From a virus: DNA of 64,000 nucleotides. A program made the position numbers and the translations under genes. Numbering within the stretch: position 1 is the first letter of the stretch; each line of letters opens with the position of its first letter. Location of the stretch: positions 128,001 through 192,000 of IMG/VR virus record IMGVR_UViG_3300031992_000005; one strand, 5' to 3'. This document shows positions 53,823 to 63,455 of this stretch, piece by piece. The notes beneath the pieces are model-generated. The model saw only the letters and a list, made by a program, of their open reading frames with translations. It was not told the origin of the DNA and made no database searches.

Positions 53823-54710
53823 ATGGACATCGATTTTGTTATTACTTATGTGGATTGTAATGATCCTGTTTGGCAAGAAACTTATGCCAAGAATGTAAAA
53901 AGAAAATCTTTCAATGCCTCAAGATATAGAAGTTGGGATAACCTAGTTTATCTCTTCAGAGGCGTAGCTAAATTTATGCCTTGGATACGTAACTTATATC
54001 TCGTTGTCCAAAGCGAAAGTCAGGTACCTGCTTGGGTAAATAGAAGTACCGTAAAGGTTATTACACATGATATGATTATACCTAAGAGGTTTCTTCCTAC
54101 ATTTAATTCGTGTACGATAGAAATGTTCTTATGGAAAATTCCAGGTCTTAGTGAGAATTGGATTTATTCAAATGATGATACGTTTCCCATCGGAGACTTA
54201 AAAGAATCTGATTTCTTTGCCTCCAATGGTTATCCTAAGATTCATTTTAAAGGCCCAATGAGATTTAATGATTTTAATCTTTTTAGAAGCCAGTGTAGAT
54301 CTGGAATGGATATCTCGGGAGTTTTCCCAGATGAAAGAAATATTATCATTAAGCCAGATCATATTTTCTTAGCTCATAGGAAATCGACTGGTGAAAGACT
54401 TTATGCTGCTAATAATAGCAGAATTCATGACACAATAACAAAAACTAGACACAGAAAAAACTGTAATCAATATATTTATTCTTACAGTGAATATAGATAT
54501 AAAACTTACATTGATCACAAAATAAATTATATTTATTCTTGTTTCTCACAAACACCACTTAAGAAAATGTTAAGTGCCATTACATCAGGAAAATATCAAG
54601 CAATATGCGTGAACGATGATATGATGGACATTGATTTTGAGTATTATAAAAAATCAATAAATTCTGCTTTCTCAGCTATCCTGGGAGAGAAATCTAAGTA
54701 TGAGATATAA
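53823..54710 (+). CDS. Stealth-family (capsule hexose-1-phosphoryl-transferase-like) protein
   Basis: CR1-like DIDFVITYVDCNDPVWQ. CR2-like RYRSWDNLVYLFRGVAKFMPWIRNLYLVVQ...PAWV...VKVITHDMIIP..FLPTFNSCTIE...IPGLSENWIYSNDDTFP. Confidence 0.7.
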   Translation: MDIDFVITYVDCNDPVWQETYAKNVKRKSFNASRYRSWDNLVYLFRGVAKFMPWIRNLYLVVQSESQVPAWVNRSTVKVITHDMIIPKRFLPTFNSCTIEMFLWKIPGLSENWIYSNDDTFPIGDLKESDFFASNGYPKIHFKGPMRFNDFNLFRSQCRSGMDISGVFPDERNIIIKPDHIFLAHRKSTGERLYAANNSRIHDTITKTRHRKNCNQYIYSYSEYRYKTYIDHKINYIYSCFSQTPLKKMLSAITSGKYQAICVNDDMMDIDFEYYKKSINSAFSAILGEKSKYEI

Positions 54711-55038
54711 CGAAGAATATTTAAACATTCCAATTAGTAAAGTAGCAATTGACTTAGCTTATAATAATCACGGGTACAGTGTCTTTTATAACGTATTAAT
54801 GAGAGTAGCTAAGCTATATAAGGGAGGAGATCCCCTCTTATTGAGAAGAATTATTGAAGACATTGCCTTGAAACACTCTAAGAGTATATACTACGGGAAA
54901 ATATGTGGAATATCAGGACAAGATTATTTTCCTAGTAGTATGGCTGAATTCATTCAACATACTCTTCTGAGATACATGGTTGTAGCTGAATTGGAATGGA
55001 ATATTAGTGGCATAATAAGTGAAAGATATGAACGATGA
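54700..55038 (+). CDS. hypothetical protein
   Basis: Track ORF. Confidence 0.45.
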   Translation: MRYNEEYLNIPISKVAIDLAYNNHGYSVFYNVLMRVAKLYKGGDPLLLRRIIEDIALKHSKSIYYGKICGISGQDYFPSSMAEFIQHTLLRYMVVAELEWNISGIISERYER

Positions 55039-57028
55039 ACAATATATGTTTGTATTTGATTCGGATGAAGAAAGAATAGCTCACGAAGAGGGAGACACTT
55101 ATACGGAACCATATGTCTCCCTTATTCGGGGAACGGATCAAGTACGTTATAATAGTGAAGGGGTAGAAGTGACTTACTTAATTCCCCAAAATATATGGAA
55201 TGGTCCAGGAATTTATCCTTTCTGGGCTGGAACTACAACGACAGACTACCCTTTTAATAGAATACTGGTTGATGGAAAAGACTCCTATGATATAGAAGAT
55301 CTTAATCCAAAGACCGGGGTTTTTTTTAATACCCCCGGAGTACATACAGTTAGATTTTTCTTAACTGATAAGACATTCTTTGGAAATACTGATAATAAGC
55401 CATTTTTTGAAAATATTCCATTAATGGTTTTAGGGATAAAATTTCCGAATACATTAACTGAAATTGGGGATAATTTATTAGCTGGTAGTGGTCAATACAT
55501 AGAACACCTAGTAATACCAGAAGGAGTTACTACGATAGGAAATCATGCATTTCCCGTTTGTGTAAAATTAAAGTCCCTTAGCCTTCCAAGTACATTAGTA
55601 AGTATTGGTACTGCAGCATTTCTTGCTATGGGATATGAAAATGAATCACCACTAAATATAGTATTACCTAACTCTGTTACTACTATAGGTACCGATTGTT
55701 TTCAGGATGCTAAGATAGGTTCAATTATATTGAGTTCTTCCTTAGAGAGAATTCCAGAGAGAGCATTTATGAATTGTACTTATTTAACAAGAATTGTTAT
55801 CCCTTCTAGTGTAGTTGATATTTTTGATCGTGCTTTTTATGGAGATACTTTACTGAGTACAGTTGAATTGTTTGAGGGAGAATTAGATTATATTGGAGTA
55901 AAGTCTTTTTTCGGGTGTCCAATTAATCGTCTTGTCATACCAGAGGGAGTAATTAGTTTGGGTTCAAATTTCATAACAAGCCATGAGTTAGAAACTTTAG
56001 TAATACCTGACTCTGTTACTGAAATAGATGGAAATTATTCATCACCCCTCTTTAGAGAAGAGGATGAAATTATTGTTCATAATCTAAAAATTGGCTCTGG
56101 ATTTCCATTTACTCACGGGTATACTTTAGGAATTCATCAAGTGGGAACTGTCGAATATAGTGGAAATACTATACCAGACCATTTTATTAGTAATAATTTC
56201 GGTAGTGTTGATGAAATTAAGTTAACAGGTTCTCCAACTACAATTGGAGAGAGTGCTTTTAGAGGATTTTATGGTGAGTACTTAGATTTACCACAGAGTA
56301 TAACTACGCTTGGGAGAGGTGCTTTTAGAGATTGTCCTGATTTGAAGAAGCTTATCATACCCCCATTAGTTACAGAATTACCTCCTGCTTTGTGTATGGG
56401 AAACAATTCCCTTAAAGAAGTTATTTTACCGAGGAACCTAGTATCTATGGGTGATAGTGCATTCTCTGATTGTATTTTTACTGAAATTACCCTACCTAGT
56501 ACGTTAACTTCTATAGGAGTCGAGGCTTTCCCTTATACTTTAAAAACAATAAATATACCAGCTAATATAAATCTACAGTATGTAGGAACTGGATCTTTGA
56601 CTGAAATTAAGTGGTATTCAACTTTAGTCGGTGAAGTATATATAGGAAAAGTATTAATTAAGCCAGTATTAGATTTGCAAGGTAGATATGTAGTCAAAGA
56701 GGGGACGACAAAAATATGTGATAAGACTTTTCAAAACTCAACATCATTGGTACGTGTAACTTTGCCAAGTACCCTAGTAGAGATAGGTGAGCATGCATTT
56801 GCTGGTTGTAGAAATTTATCTATTATAGTAAGCAATGCAGTGGAAGCACCTTTAGCTGAATATAGGGCATTTGGAGATAGCAGAGAAGGATATGCAGGTG
56901 CAGCTGGTAGTGTAAATCCAGGTACTAATAAATTATATGTTCCAATAGATGCAACTGGTTATGATCAAGATGAATGGTCAGTATTAATAAATGAATCTAA
57001 AGGAGGATTTCAAATTATAAATGGCTAA
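55019..57028 (+). CDS. BspA-type LRR protein, class-II N-terminal module
   Basis: Repeats of the type LVIPEGVTTIGNHAF..C..LKSLSLP. The N-terminal ...EEGDTYTEPYVSLI resembles ORF 57021. Confidence 0.75.
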   Translation: MKDMNDEQYMFVFDSDEERIAHEEGDTYTEPYVSLIRGTDQVRYNSEGVEVTYLIPQNIWNGPGIYPFWAGTTTTDYPFNRILVDGKDSYDIEDLNPKTGVFFNTPGVHTVRFFLTDKTFFGNTDNKPFFENIPLMVLGIKFPNTLTEIGDNLLAGSGQYIEHLVIPEGVTTIGNHAFPVCVKLKSLSLPSTLVSIGTAAFLAMGYENESPLNIVLPNSVTTIGTDCFQDAKIGSIILSSSLERIPERAFMNCTYLTRIVIPSSVVDIFDRAFYGDTLLSTVELFEGELDYIGVKSFFGCPINRLVIPEGVISLGSNFITSHELETLVIPDSVTEIDGNYSSPLFREEDEIIVHNLKIGSGFPFTHGYTLGIHQVGTVEYSGNTIPDHFISNNFGSVDEIKLTGSPTTIGESAFRGFYGEYLDLPQSITTLGRGAFRDCPDLKKLIIPPLVTELPPALCMGNNSLKEVILPRNLVSMGDSAFSDCIFTEITLPSTLTSIGVEAFPYTLKTINIPANINLQYVGTGSLTEIKWYSTLVGEVYIGKVLIKPVLDLQGRYVVKEGTTKICDKTFQNSTSLVRVTLPSTLVEIGEHAFAGCRNLSIIVSNAVEAPLAEYRAFGDSREGYAGAAGSVNPGTNKLYVPIDATGYDQDEWSVLINESKGGFQIING

Positions 57029-60000
57029 TAAAAAATATATGCATAGGTTCAGTACTACAGTGGATAGACTGAACTATGAAGATAATCCTACTATCTACAC
57101 CGAGCCTTATCTTAGTGTAGTAGAGGAAAACAAACTAACAGTATATTATAATAAGTCAAGTGCAGAAACTGGATATCTGAAATTTACTCAACTTGGAGAA
57201 GATGGTGGTACAATTGGTATTATTGAAAATAATAATAATATCAACTTAGAATATTCTTTCGATGGGAAAATCTGGATTCCCTTTCCAGTATCTGGGTTAT
57301 TTTTGAATAGTGGTGAAAGTGCTCTCTTAAAGGGAAATAATACTACAATATATCCAGCTAGATTTACAATGACTGGATTAGTGAGAGCCTCTGGTAGTAT
57401 AATGTCTATTCTCTACGGCGAATCTTTCAAAGATAGTACTACTATTCCATCAGAGAATTGTTTTCAAGGATTATTTTCAAACTGTACTTCACTTACTTTT
57501 GCCCCTGAACTTCCCGCTACAACTTTAACGGAAGGTTGTTATGCAGCTATGTTTCAGGGCACTAGTATAACTAATTTCCCAACTTTACCTGCTTCATATG
57601 TACCTAACGGATCTTATGCTAGAATGTTTTTTGACTGTACGAATCTTAGGGGTACTGGTTATATATCAGCTCTAACTAGTGAGGAAAATTCGTTCTTTAG
57701 GATGTTTTCGAGAGCAGGTTTACAAGGGGAATTAACTATAGTTAGACCACCTAATGCTACTTGGCCAGTTGAAGAGTTTATAGGAGAGGGCGTTAATGTA
57801 ACATCAGTTCCAGACGAAAATGATAAGATCCAGGTAAGAAGATTGTATAAGACCGAAACAAAGTATTCTACTGATAATGGTAGTGTAGGAAATTTATACT
57901 ATGACGATGAAGAGTGGTATGAGTATGTAGGAAGACATGTAATCGATGGACATAGCTATTATTTGTGGGAAAAGAATGATAATAGGAGTAGTGGAAGTGA
58001 GCGGAATTCTGTTATGAAGCGTTATGCAATAACAGAAAATAGATACCCTACGTGTGATCTTGAATATCCATATACACCTCTAGGTTTCTTAACAAGCGAT
58101 TTTGATGCTAGTTATTCGGGTCCTGATATTAGTGACACTTTTTTTGTTTACTACGATTCACAAAACGATAGGTTGTATAAAGAGGCACTTAGTTACTTAG
58201 GACCAGACCTAGTAGATTGGTATGAATATTCGAACCCAATTATTATTGATGGGTATACATATCATGCGTGGAAAAAGAAAACTTCTTCTAGGGTCGAGGG
58301 AGAACACCTTATTAACACTGCAGGTACTACACGACCTTCTCATTTCTACCTTTTACTTGATACATTAAACCCTGTATGTAGTGGTAGTAATCCAATTACT
58401 GCATTAGGGTATTTGAGACCTGATCAGTCTATGTATTTTATGAATTCTGGGTCTGATTATATCATCAAGTATGATAGTCGGACGCTAGGTTGGAAAAGAT
58501 GGTGTAGGGCAGAGAACAACGAAACAGGCGCATATGCAGAATTTTTTACAATAGATGGATATAGCATTGAGTATGAGACTTTACGTAGTGTTTTCTTGGA
58601 TCAATTAGACGGTATCGCTGGGATAAAGCTAATTATTGGGTATGAAGGTTTATTAGATATTAATCTTGAGTTATTAGGGCTTTCTAGTCTAGTAAAAGAT
58701 TTAGTCCTAGTTGGTTCTCTAAAAAGTTGTAAAATACCTGGCATTAATTCACTACAGACATTAAATCTAGAAAATTCATCTATAACCGATCTTAATATTT
58801 CAAGTGGAAGTACTAATCTAAGAAGTATTGTTTTTCCACCTAACTTAGAGTTTATTGGAAGTATTAAGGAAACTGCGATGAGTGAGCTTGTAATACCTCC
58901 TACTGTAAAATATATAAGTTCTCATGCCTTTACGGGAAGCACACGTTTAAATAATGTGGTTTTATCAAGTGGATTGTCTGGTATTGGATCTGAAGCATTT
59001 GAAGGGTGTACTTCATTGGAAGAAATTGTTATTCCGAGAAGTGTTATTTATTTAGGGACAAACTTATTTTCTGATAGTGGGTTAAAAACTGTAGTTGTTA
59101 ATGCAAGTATTAAGTCTCTTCTTAAAGTCTTTAATGATTGCCCTAATTTATCCCAAGTAACTCTACCAGAGTGTTTGGAAAACATAGGTAACTATTGTTT
59201 TAGTTACTGTACTCAACTGACGAGTATTAATCTACCTAATGGATTAAATAGTCTAGATGACCATGCATTTTCGGCTTCAGGAATTACATCTATACAAATA
59301 CCCCCTCAGGTTAATGTTATAGGTAGTAGTGTTTTCTATGATTGCTCTGAACTTACCGATGTAGAGATACAGACTACCAATAATACTGTCGAGGTCCAAA
59401 AGAATGCTTTTTATAACTGTACTAAATTGACGCATATTAATTTAGAAAAATTAACAACTATAGACGAATATGCATTCTGTAATTGTAATAGTTTAACTTC
59501 TGTTAATTTAGAGAAAATTTCTACAATTAAGGCCAATGCTTTTGCGAGGTGTACTTCTTTAACCGATGTTAGCATTTCATCTCCAGTAACTAGAGTAATC
59601 TCCAGTAATACTATCTTTCCTAACTGTGATAATATAAAAACAGTTTATATCAATTGTACAAACTTTAGTACTTCAATTTTTTCCACAACTTCATTGAATA
59701 GTGTGGAGGAAGTTATACTTGGAACTAAGTGTTCATCTATTCCTGGAAAATTTACTAACTTCGCTAATCTTAGGTCTGTCATAATACAAGGAAATCTAAT
59801 AAGGTCTTTAGGTTTAAATTTATTTAAGGGTTGTACTAATCTGACCTCGCTTGAGATACCATCTTCTGTTACGAGTATTGGGTCTAATGCTTTTAAGGAA
59901 AGCGGTTTAGAAGAAATAACTATTCCAGATTCAGTAAAAACTATATCTTCTCATGCTTTCGACGGATGTACTAGTTTGGCGAGAGTTAGTGTTGGATCTG

Positions 60001-60620
60001 GCTTAACAAATGTTGGTGATAGTTCATTTGGTAACTGCTCTTCTCTAGAGTATTTATATGTTAATAATTCTAATATCGCCTTATATGATCTCGGATTGGA
60101 TGGGACAACAAATATTAAAGAAATTGTATTAGGTGACTTAGTTAATAGGGAATTTCTTGACTCTGGTCGTCTTGAATTACGAGAATATGAGCCTAATATA
60201 GAAACCTTTACTTTTGGTGCGGGCTTTGATAGACTTTGCAAAAAATTTTTCAAGAAGTGTACTAAATTGAAGTCTGTTACTCTTGGTAAAAACATGACTT
60301 CTATAGAAGAAAACGCCTTTCTTGGGTGTACTATGTTACCATCCATTGTTATTCCTGCGTCTGTAACTAGTATTGGTGAGTATGCTTTCTCAGATTGTAT
60401 TAGACTAAAGGATATCACTTCAAAAAATCCAACTCCACCAACAGTAGCGGATAATACTTTTGGAACTGGTCAGCCAGATAATGGATTTACTGGTCGAAAT
60501 ACATATAACCAGAATGTTAATAAACTTCATGTGCCTAAGGGAGCAACTGCCTATAATACTGCTTGGAGTAGGTTGTTGGTTTATTATTGGTCAGGATTTA
60601 CAGTAGAATACAATGGATAA
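57021..60620 (+). CDS. giant (1199 aa) chimeric LRR protein (LPAxTL-type repeats N-terminally, BspA-type repeats C-terminally)
   Basis: FQGLFSNCTSLTFAPELPATTLTEGCYAAMFQGTS near residue 150. At least 20 BspA-type repeats from about residue 560. The C-terminal cap is of the type KLHVPKGATAYNTAW. Confidence 0.8.
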   Translation: MANKKYMHRFSTTVDRLNYEDNPTIYTEPYLSVVEENKLTVYYNKSSAETGYLKFTQLGEDGGTIGIIENNNNINLEYSFDGKIWIPFPVSGLFLNSGESALLKGNNTTIYPARFTMTGLVRASGSIMSILYGESFKDSTTIPSENCFQGLFSNCTSLTFAPELPATTLTEGCYAAMFQGTSITNFPTLPASYVPNGSYARMFFDCTNLRGTGYISALTSEENSFFRMFSRAGLQGELTIVRPPNATWPVEEFIGEGVNVTSVPDENDKIQVRRLYKTETKYSTDNGSVGNLYYDDEEWYEYVGRHVIDGHSYYLWEKNDNRSSGSERNSVMKRYAITENRYPTCDLEYPYTPLGFLTSDFDASYSGPDISDTFFVYYDSQNDRLYKEALSYLGPDLVDWYEYSNPIIIDGYTYHAWKKKTSSRVEGEHLINTAGTTRPSHFYLLLDTLNPVCSGSNPITALGYLRPDQSMYFMNSGSDYIIKYDSRTLGWKRWCRAENNETGAYAEFFTIDGYSIEYETLRSVFLDQLDGIAGIKLIIGYEGLLDINLELLGLSSLVKDLVLVGSLKSCKIPGINSLQTLNLENSSITDLNISSGSTNLRSIVFPPNLEFIGSIKETAMSELVIPPTVKYISSHAFTGSTRLNNVVLSSGLSGIGSEAFEGCTSLEEIVIPRSVIYLGTNLFSDSGLKTVVVNASIKSLLKVFNDCPNLSQVTLPECLENIGNYCFSYCTQLTSINLPNGLNSLDDHAFSASGITSIQIPPQVNVIGSSVFYDCSELTDVEIQTTNNTVEVQKNAFYNCTKLTHINLEKLTTIDEYAFCNCNSLTSVNLEKISTIKANAFARCTSLTDVSISSPVTRVISSNTIFPNCDNIKTVYINCTNFSTSIFSTTSLNSVEEVILGTKCSSIPGKFTNFANLRSVIIQGNLIRSLGLNLFKGCTNLTSLEIPSSVTSIGSNAFKESGLEEITIPDSVKTISSHAFDGCTSLARVSVGSGLTNVGDSSFGNCSSLEYLYVNNSNIALYDLGLDGTTNIKEIVLGDLVNREFLDSGRLELREYEPNIETFTFGAGFDRLCKKFFKKCTKLKSVTLGKNMTSIEENAFLGCTMLPSIVIPASVTSIGEYAFSDCIRLKDITSKNPTPPTVADNTFGTGQPDNGFTGRNTYNQNVNKLHVPKGATAYNTAWSRLLVYYWSGFTVEYNG

Positions 60621-61044
60621 GGAAATTTTAGTAGGAAGTAGGGCTTTTTTCTCTGAGTTTCCAGATTTTAATTCAAAAGATAAAGATTTGGTTAAATTAG
60701 TAGATTCAAGCCCCTTCTTTAAAAAATATGGTCAGATACATTTAAGAAACCTTTGTTGTTTTGAATTTATCATGACCACAAAAGAACAATTTATACAAGA
60801 TGCGTTAGATTCAGAATTAGGGATGACATTGGGAAAATTTTTAGTTCCAGAATTTTGTAAAGAAATAGATTTTACAATAGAAGATCTTCCTAGGCTAAGA
60901 CACCTAGTTGAGATCTTAGACCCTAAACATTCTTATGAGAAGTTGATTTATGACTTCTACTTAGAGAATGGAGAAATGATTCTAACAAAAAATCAATTAC
61001 AAATAGTCTACGAAGAATATAAGAAAACTCGGGAGGCGGAATAA
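60613..61044 (+). CDS. hypothetical protein
   Basis: Track ORF; 8-nt overlap with the upstream gene. Confidence 0.5.
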   Translation: MDKEILVGSRAFFSEFPDFNSKDKDLVKLVDSSPFFKKYGQIHLRNLCCFEFIMTTKEQFIQDALDSELGMTLGKFLVPEFCKEIDFTIEDLPRLRHLVEILDPKHSYEKLIYDFYLENGEMILTKNQLQIVYEEYKKTREAE

Positions 61045-61074
61045 TATGTTCCCCTCCCATTAATAATAATTGTT

Positions 61075-61497
61075 ATGAAGAAATTAGTTATGGCTGCCTT
61101 CCTCTTGTTGCTATCTTGGAAGGTTTTTGCTCAGGATTCAACCAATTATTGGACCCCGATTATAGAAGCAATAATAAAAGTAGAAAGTGGCGGAAATCCT
61201 AAGGCAGTGTCTAGGACAGGAGCTTACGTTGGTATACTTCAGATCTCAAAGGGCCTAGTTGATGATGTTAATTCTTACCTAAGACATAAAGGTGAAACAA
61301 CTAGGTACGCTTATTCCGATCGACTTAATCCTGATAAATCTAAGGAAATGTTTATCCTATATCAGGAAAAGTACAATAAGCATAAAAGTGTAGAAAAAGC
61401 AATAAGAATCTGGAACGGTGGTCCTAAGCATACCATCAAAGGAACACAAGCTTACCTAAAGAGAGTTCTGAGACACCTGGAACCAGGGGAGGGATAA
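61075..61497 (+). CDS. lytic transglycosylase (SLT/goose-lysozyme-like) with a signal peptide; endolysin candidate
   Basis: MKKLVMAAFLLLLSWKVFAQ signal sequence; IIKVESGGNPKAVSRTGAYVGILQIS (ES...GxxQ motif). Confidence 0.75.
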   Translation: MKKLVMAAFLLLLSWKVFAQDSTNYWTPIIEAIIKVESGGNPKAVSRTGAYVGILQISKGLVDDVNSYLRHKGETTRYAYSDRLNPDKSKEMFILYQEKYNKHKSVEKAIRIWNGGPKHTIKGTQAYLKRVLRHLEPGEG

Positions 61498-61541
61498 AAA
61501 CCTCCCTCTAGGAAGCCACTATTTCCTTACTAATGGAGGTT

Positions 61542-61627
61542 GCCGGGATGACGGAATGGGTGAGACGTGACAGATTTAAAATCTGTTGGCTATTGCAGCC
61601 GTGTGGGTTCGAATCCCATTCCCGGTA
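61542..61627 (+). tRNA. tRNA-Leu (UAA), type II with a long variable arm
   Basis: A hand-folded 86-nt structure. Acceptor gccggga/tcccggt, 3-bp D stem, anticodon stem acaga/tctgt with loop TTTAAAA, 16-nt variable arm, T-loop TTCGAAT. Confidence 0.8.
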
Positions 61628-61664
61628 CTTACAGCATTCGAACATGATATTTTTATGGTTTTTT

Positions 61665-62055
61665 GGAAGGGTCCGTCCGTGAGGGATAGATCCTTCTTTT
61701 TTTCTTCCCCTTAATGCCTTATATATGTAATGTTTATTTTTCATTATTAATTTATTTTATATGTAATGTTTATTTTTCATTATTAATTTATTTTGAATTG
61801 GGAAGAGTCAGTCCGGGATGGATAGACTCTTTTTTTTTTATCCCCCCAATGCCTTATATATAAGATTCCATTTTTATATTTTTATATTGGTTTTAGAAGG
61901 ATCAGTCCGAGATGGATAGATCTTTCTTTTTTATTCCCCTTAATGCCTTATATATATAGAAATTTTGTTTTTACCATATTTAAATTGGGAAGAGTCAGTC
62001 CGAGATGGATAGGCTCTTTTTTTTTACCCTTCCCCATTAATGCCTTATGTATATA
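61665..62055 (+). repeat. four copies of a 62-69-bp composite repeat (GC-rich hairpin, T-run, C-run, then (T)AATGCCTTAT(A/G)TATA)
   Basis: Copies at 61665-61726, 61800-61862, 61896-61958 and 61987-62055. Example hairpin: aagagtc-agtccgggatggata-gactctt. Confidence 0.85.
61724..61795 (+). repeat. 2 x 36-bp tandem duplication (TATGTAATGTTTATTTTTCATTATTAATTTATTTT+A/G)
   Basis: Units at 61724-61759 and 61760-61795, differing only at the last base. Confidence 0.9.
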
Positions 62056-62067
62056 AATTTAATAAAA

Positions 62068-62328
62068 ATGCAATGTATGAACTATGAAAGGTTATATTCC
62101 CCGGATACGAAAGTGGTTTGTAAAACAGTAGGGGAAGATATCTCTGCTACTCACATAGCGGAGATATTAAAGAATAAGTTTTTAGAGAATGATATCTTCC
62201 TTCAGGAGGGTGATCATTTTATATTGGGGAAATCGCAGTATTTCATTGTCCTAGTTTCCCCAGTGGTGAACGAAGGAATGGATTTCTTTGAGGAGATCCA
62301 ATTTACAGTTGAAACGGTAGAGATGTAG
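62068..62328 (+). CDS. hypothetical protein
   Basis: Track ORF 62047..62328. Its first ATG lies inside repeat copy 4, so the ATG at 62068 is preferred. Confidence 0.45.
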   Translation: MQCMNYERLYSPDTKVVCKTVGEDISATHIAEILKNKFLENDIFLQEGDHFILGKSQYFIVLVSPVVNEGMDFFEEIQFTVETVEM

Positions 62329-62396
62329 AAATACATCTTTACTTTTTTCTTTCCTTAAAAGCTTTAATAATGTATAGTTAATAAATAAGAAAAATT

Positions 62397-63059
62397 ATGA
62401 AATACCTATTAGAGTATTTAGAAGAAGTTGTTAAAATAACACCAAAAGGTGAAGTAACGACAGAAGAAGACGAAATTAATGGTCTTTCAGGTGAAAGTGT
62501 TTATATAGATGGTAAGTGTAGTGATATTTTCGTCGCCCACGTAGATTATCTTAGGTGGATTGAAAGAGTTTTAGAGGAAAGTATCGCTGATGAAAGATAT
62601 AATGTTGGCGATTGGGTTATCGACGAAGATGGATGCGCATGGTTTATTGAGGAAATTAATCCCGTAAGCTATAAATTAGTGTCTAAGTCAGCCCAAAGAA
62701 AACTGATAAGTAGATCTGAAGCTCGCACTACACTTAGACCTTGGACGATAGATGATGCTAAGGCATTCGATTACTTGATGGTGAGAAGCAAAGATTACGG
62801 CTATGTGGCTATTATTATGTGTGGTCAAGATAGTACTAATGGTCTCATTTGTGGTATATGTGGAATTGAGCTCGTAAAGAACGAAAACATACATGCTCCT
62901 TGGTTAAAAGGAATATCCACAAAGGATTATATTATTGTACCAGCATTAGATGGTCAGAGGCAAGAATTATCGAAACTTGGGCCAAACTCTCCCGAAGTAA
63001 TTATGAGTGAGGAGATGAGGAGAGAGTTCTTAGCTTATTCAATTACTAACCGATCATGA
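62397..63059 (+). CDS. hypothetical protein
   Basis: 220-aa track ORF. Confidence 0.5.
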   Translation: MKYLLEYLEEVVKITPKGEVTTEEDEINGLSGESVYIDGKCSDIFVAHVDYLRWIERVLEESIADERYNVGDWVIDEDGCAWFIEEINPVSYKLVSKSAQRKLISRSEARTTLRPWTIDDAKAFDYLMVRSKDYGYVAIIMCGQDSTNGLICGICGIELVKNENIHAPWLKGISTKDYIIVPALDGQRQELSKLGPNSPEVIMSEEMRREFLAYSITNRS

Positions 63060-63250
63060 CAAGTTCATCCAAGTATTTCTTTAAAAAGAATAGAAGACGT
63101 ATTGCAACCAGTATTTGGTTTATTGCATTTATCGTATGGTGTATTTATCTACCAACTGTAACGAGGATTGAACCTTTGTGGGTTTGGGTAGTACCGTACG
63201 TAATCGCATTCTTGTTTGCATCAATTGTTTACTTAGCTATAGTCAGATAA
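63056..63250 (+). CDS. small 2-TM membrane protein, paralog 1 of a tandem family
   Basis: MTSSSKYFFKKNRRRIATSIWFIAFIVWCIYLPTV...; ATGA overlap with the upstream gene. Confidence 0.55.
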   Translation: MTSSSKYFFKKNRRRIATSIWFIAFIVWCIYLPTVTRIEPLWVWVVPYVIAFLFASIVYLAIVR

Positions 63251-63251
63251 T

Positions 63252-63455
63252 ATGATAAGCAGTAGGAAGTATTTTTATGAGAGATATAAGGGTGCAATTG
63301 CATTTGTAATTGCAATAGTAGCACTTATGGTATTTTTCGCATTTCTCGTTAAAGTGATAGATACTGGAGATAATTTATTAATAGTGTCGTATGTAACGCT
63401 ATTCCTTATTACGTTTGCAGTATATTTATTCATCGTACTTTACAAATTTACATGA
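63252..63455 (+). CDS. small 2-TM membrane protein, paralog 2
   Basis: MISSRKYFYERYKGAIAFVIAIVALMVFFAF... Confidence 0.55.
   Translation: MISSRKYFYERYKGAIAFVIAIVALMVFFAFLVKVIDTGDNLLIVSYVTLFLITFAVYLFIVLYKFT

Noticed and set aside
53728-53898. 56-codon ORF (MPNYYLVIGVGV...) between ompA and the Stealth gene.
   Set aside because: It runs through a terminator-like hairpin (53784-53808) and overlaps the Stealth gene start in another frame. It is probably not coding.
10986-62049. The heptamer CCTTATA recurs just after stop codons or in intergenic DNA, at 10986, 13459, 14915, 52487 and in all four repeats at 61717-62049 (the last as CCTTATG). I considered calling it a phage promoter or terminator motif.
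   Set aside because: A 7-mer in 64 kb of AT-rich DNA is expected several times by chance, and it also occurs inside coding sequence (for example in nrdG at about 35827). I cannot compute enrichment here. Only the longer AATGCCTTATATA version in the 61.7-62.1 kb repeats is reported.
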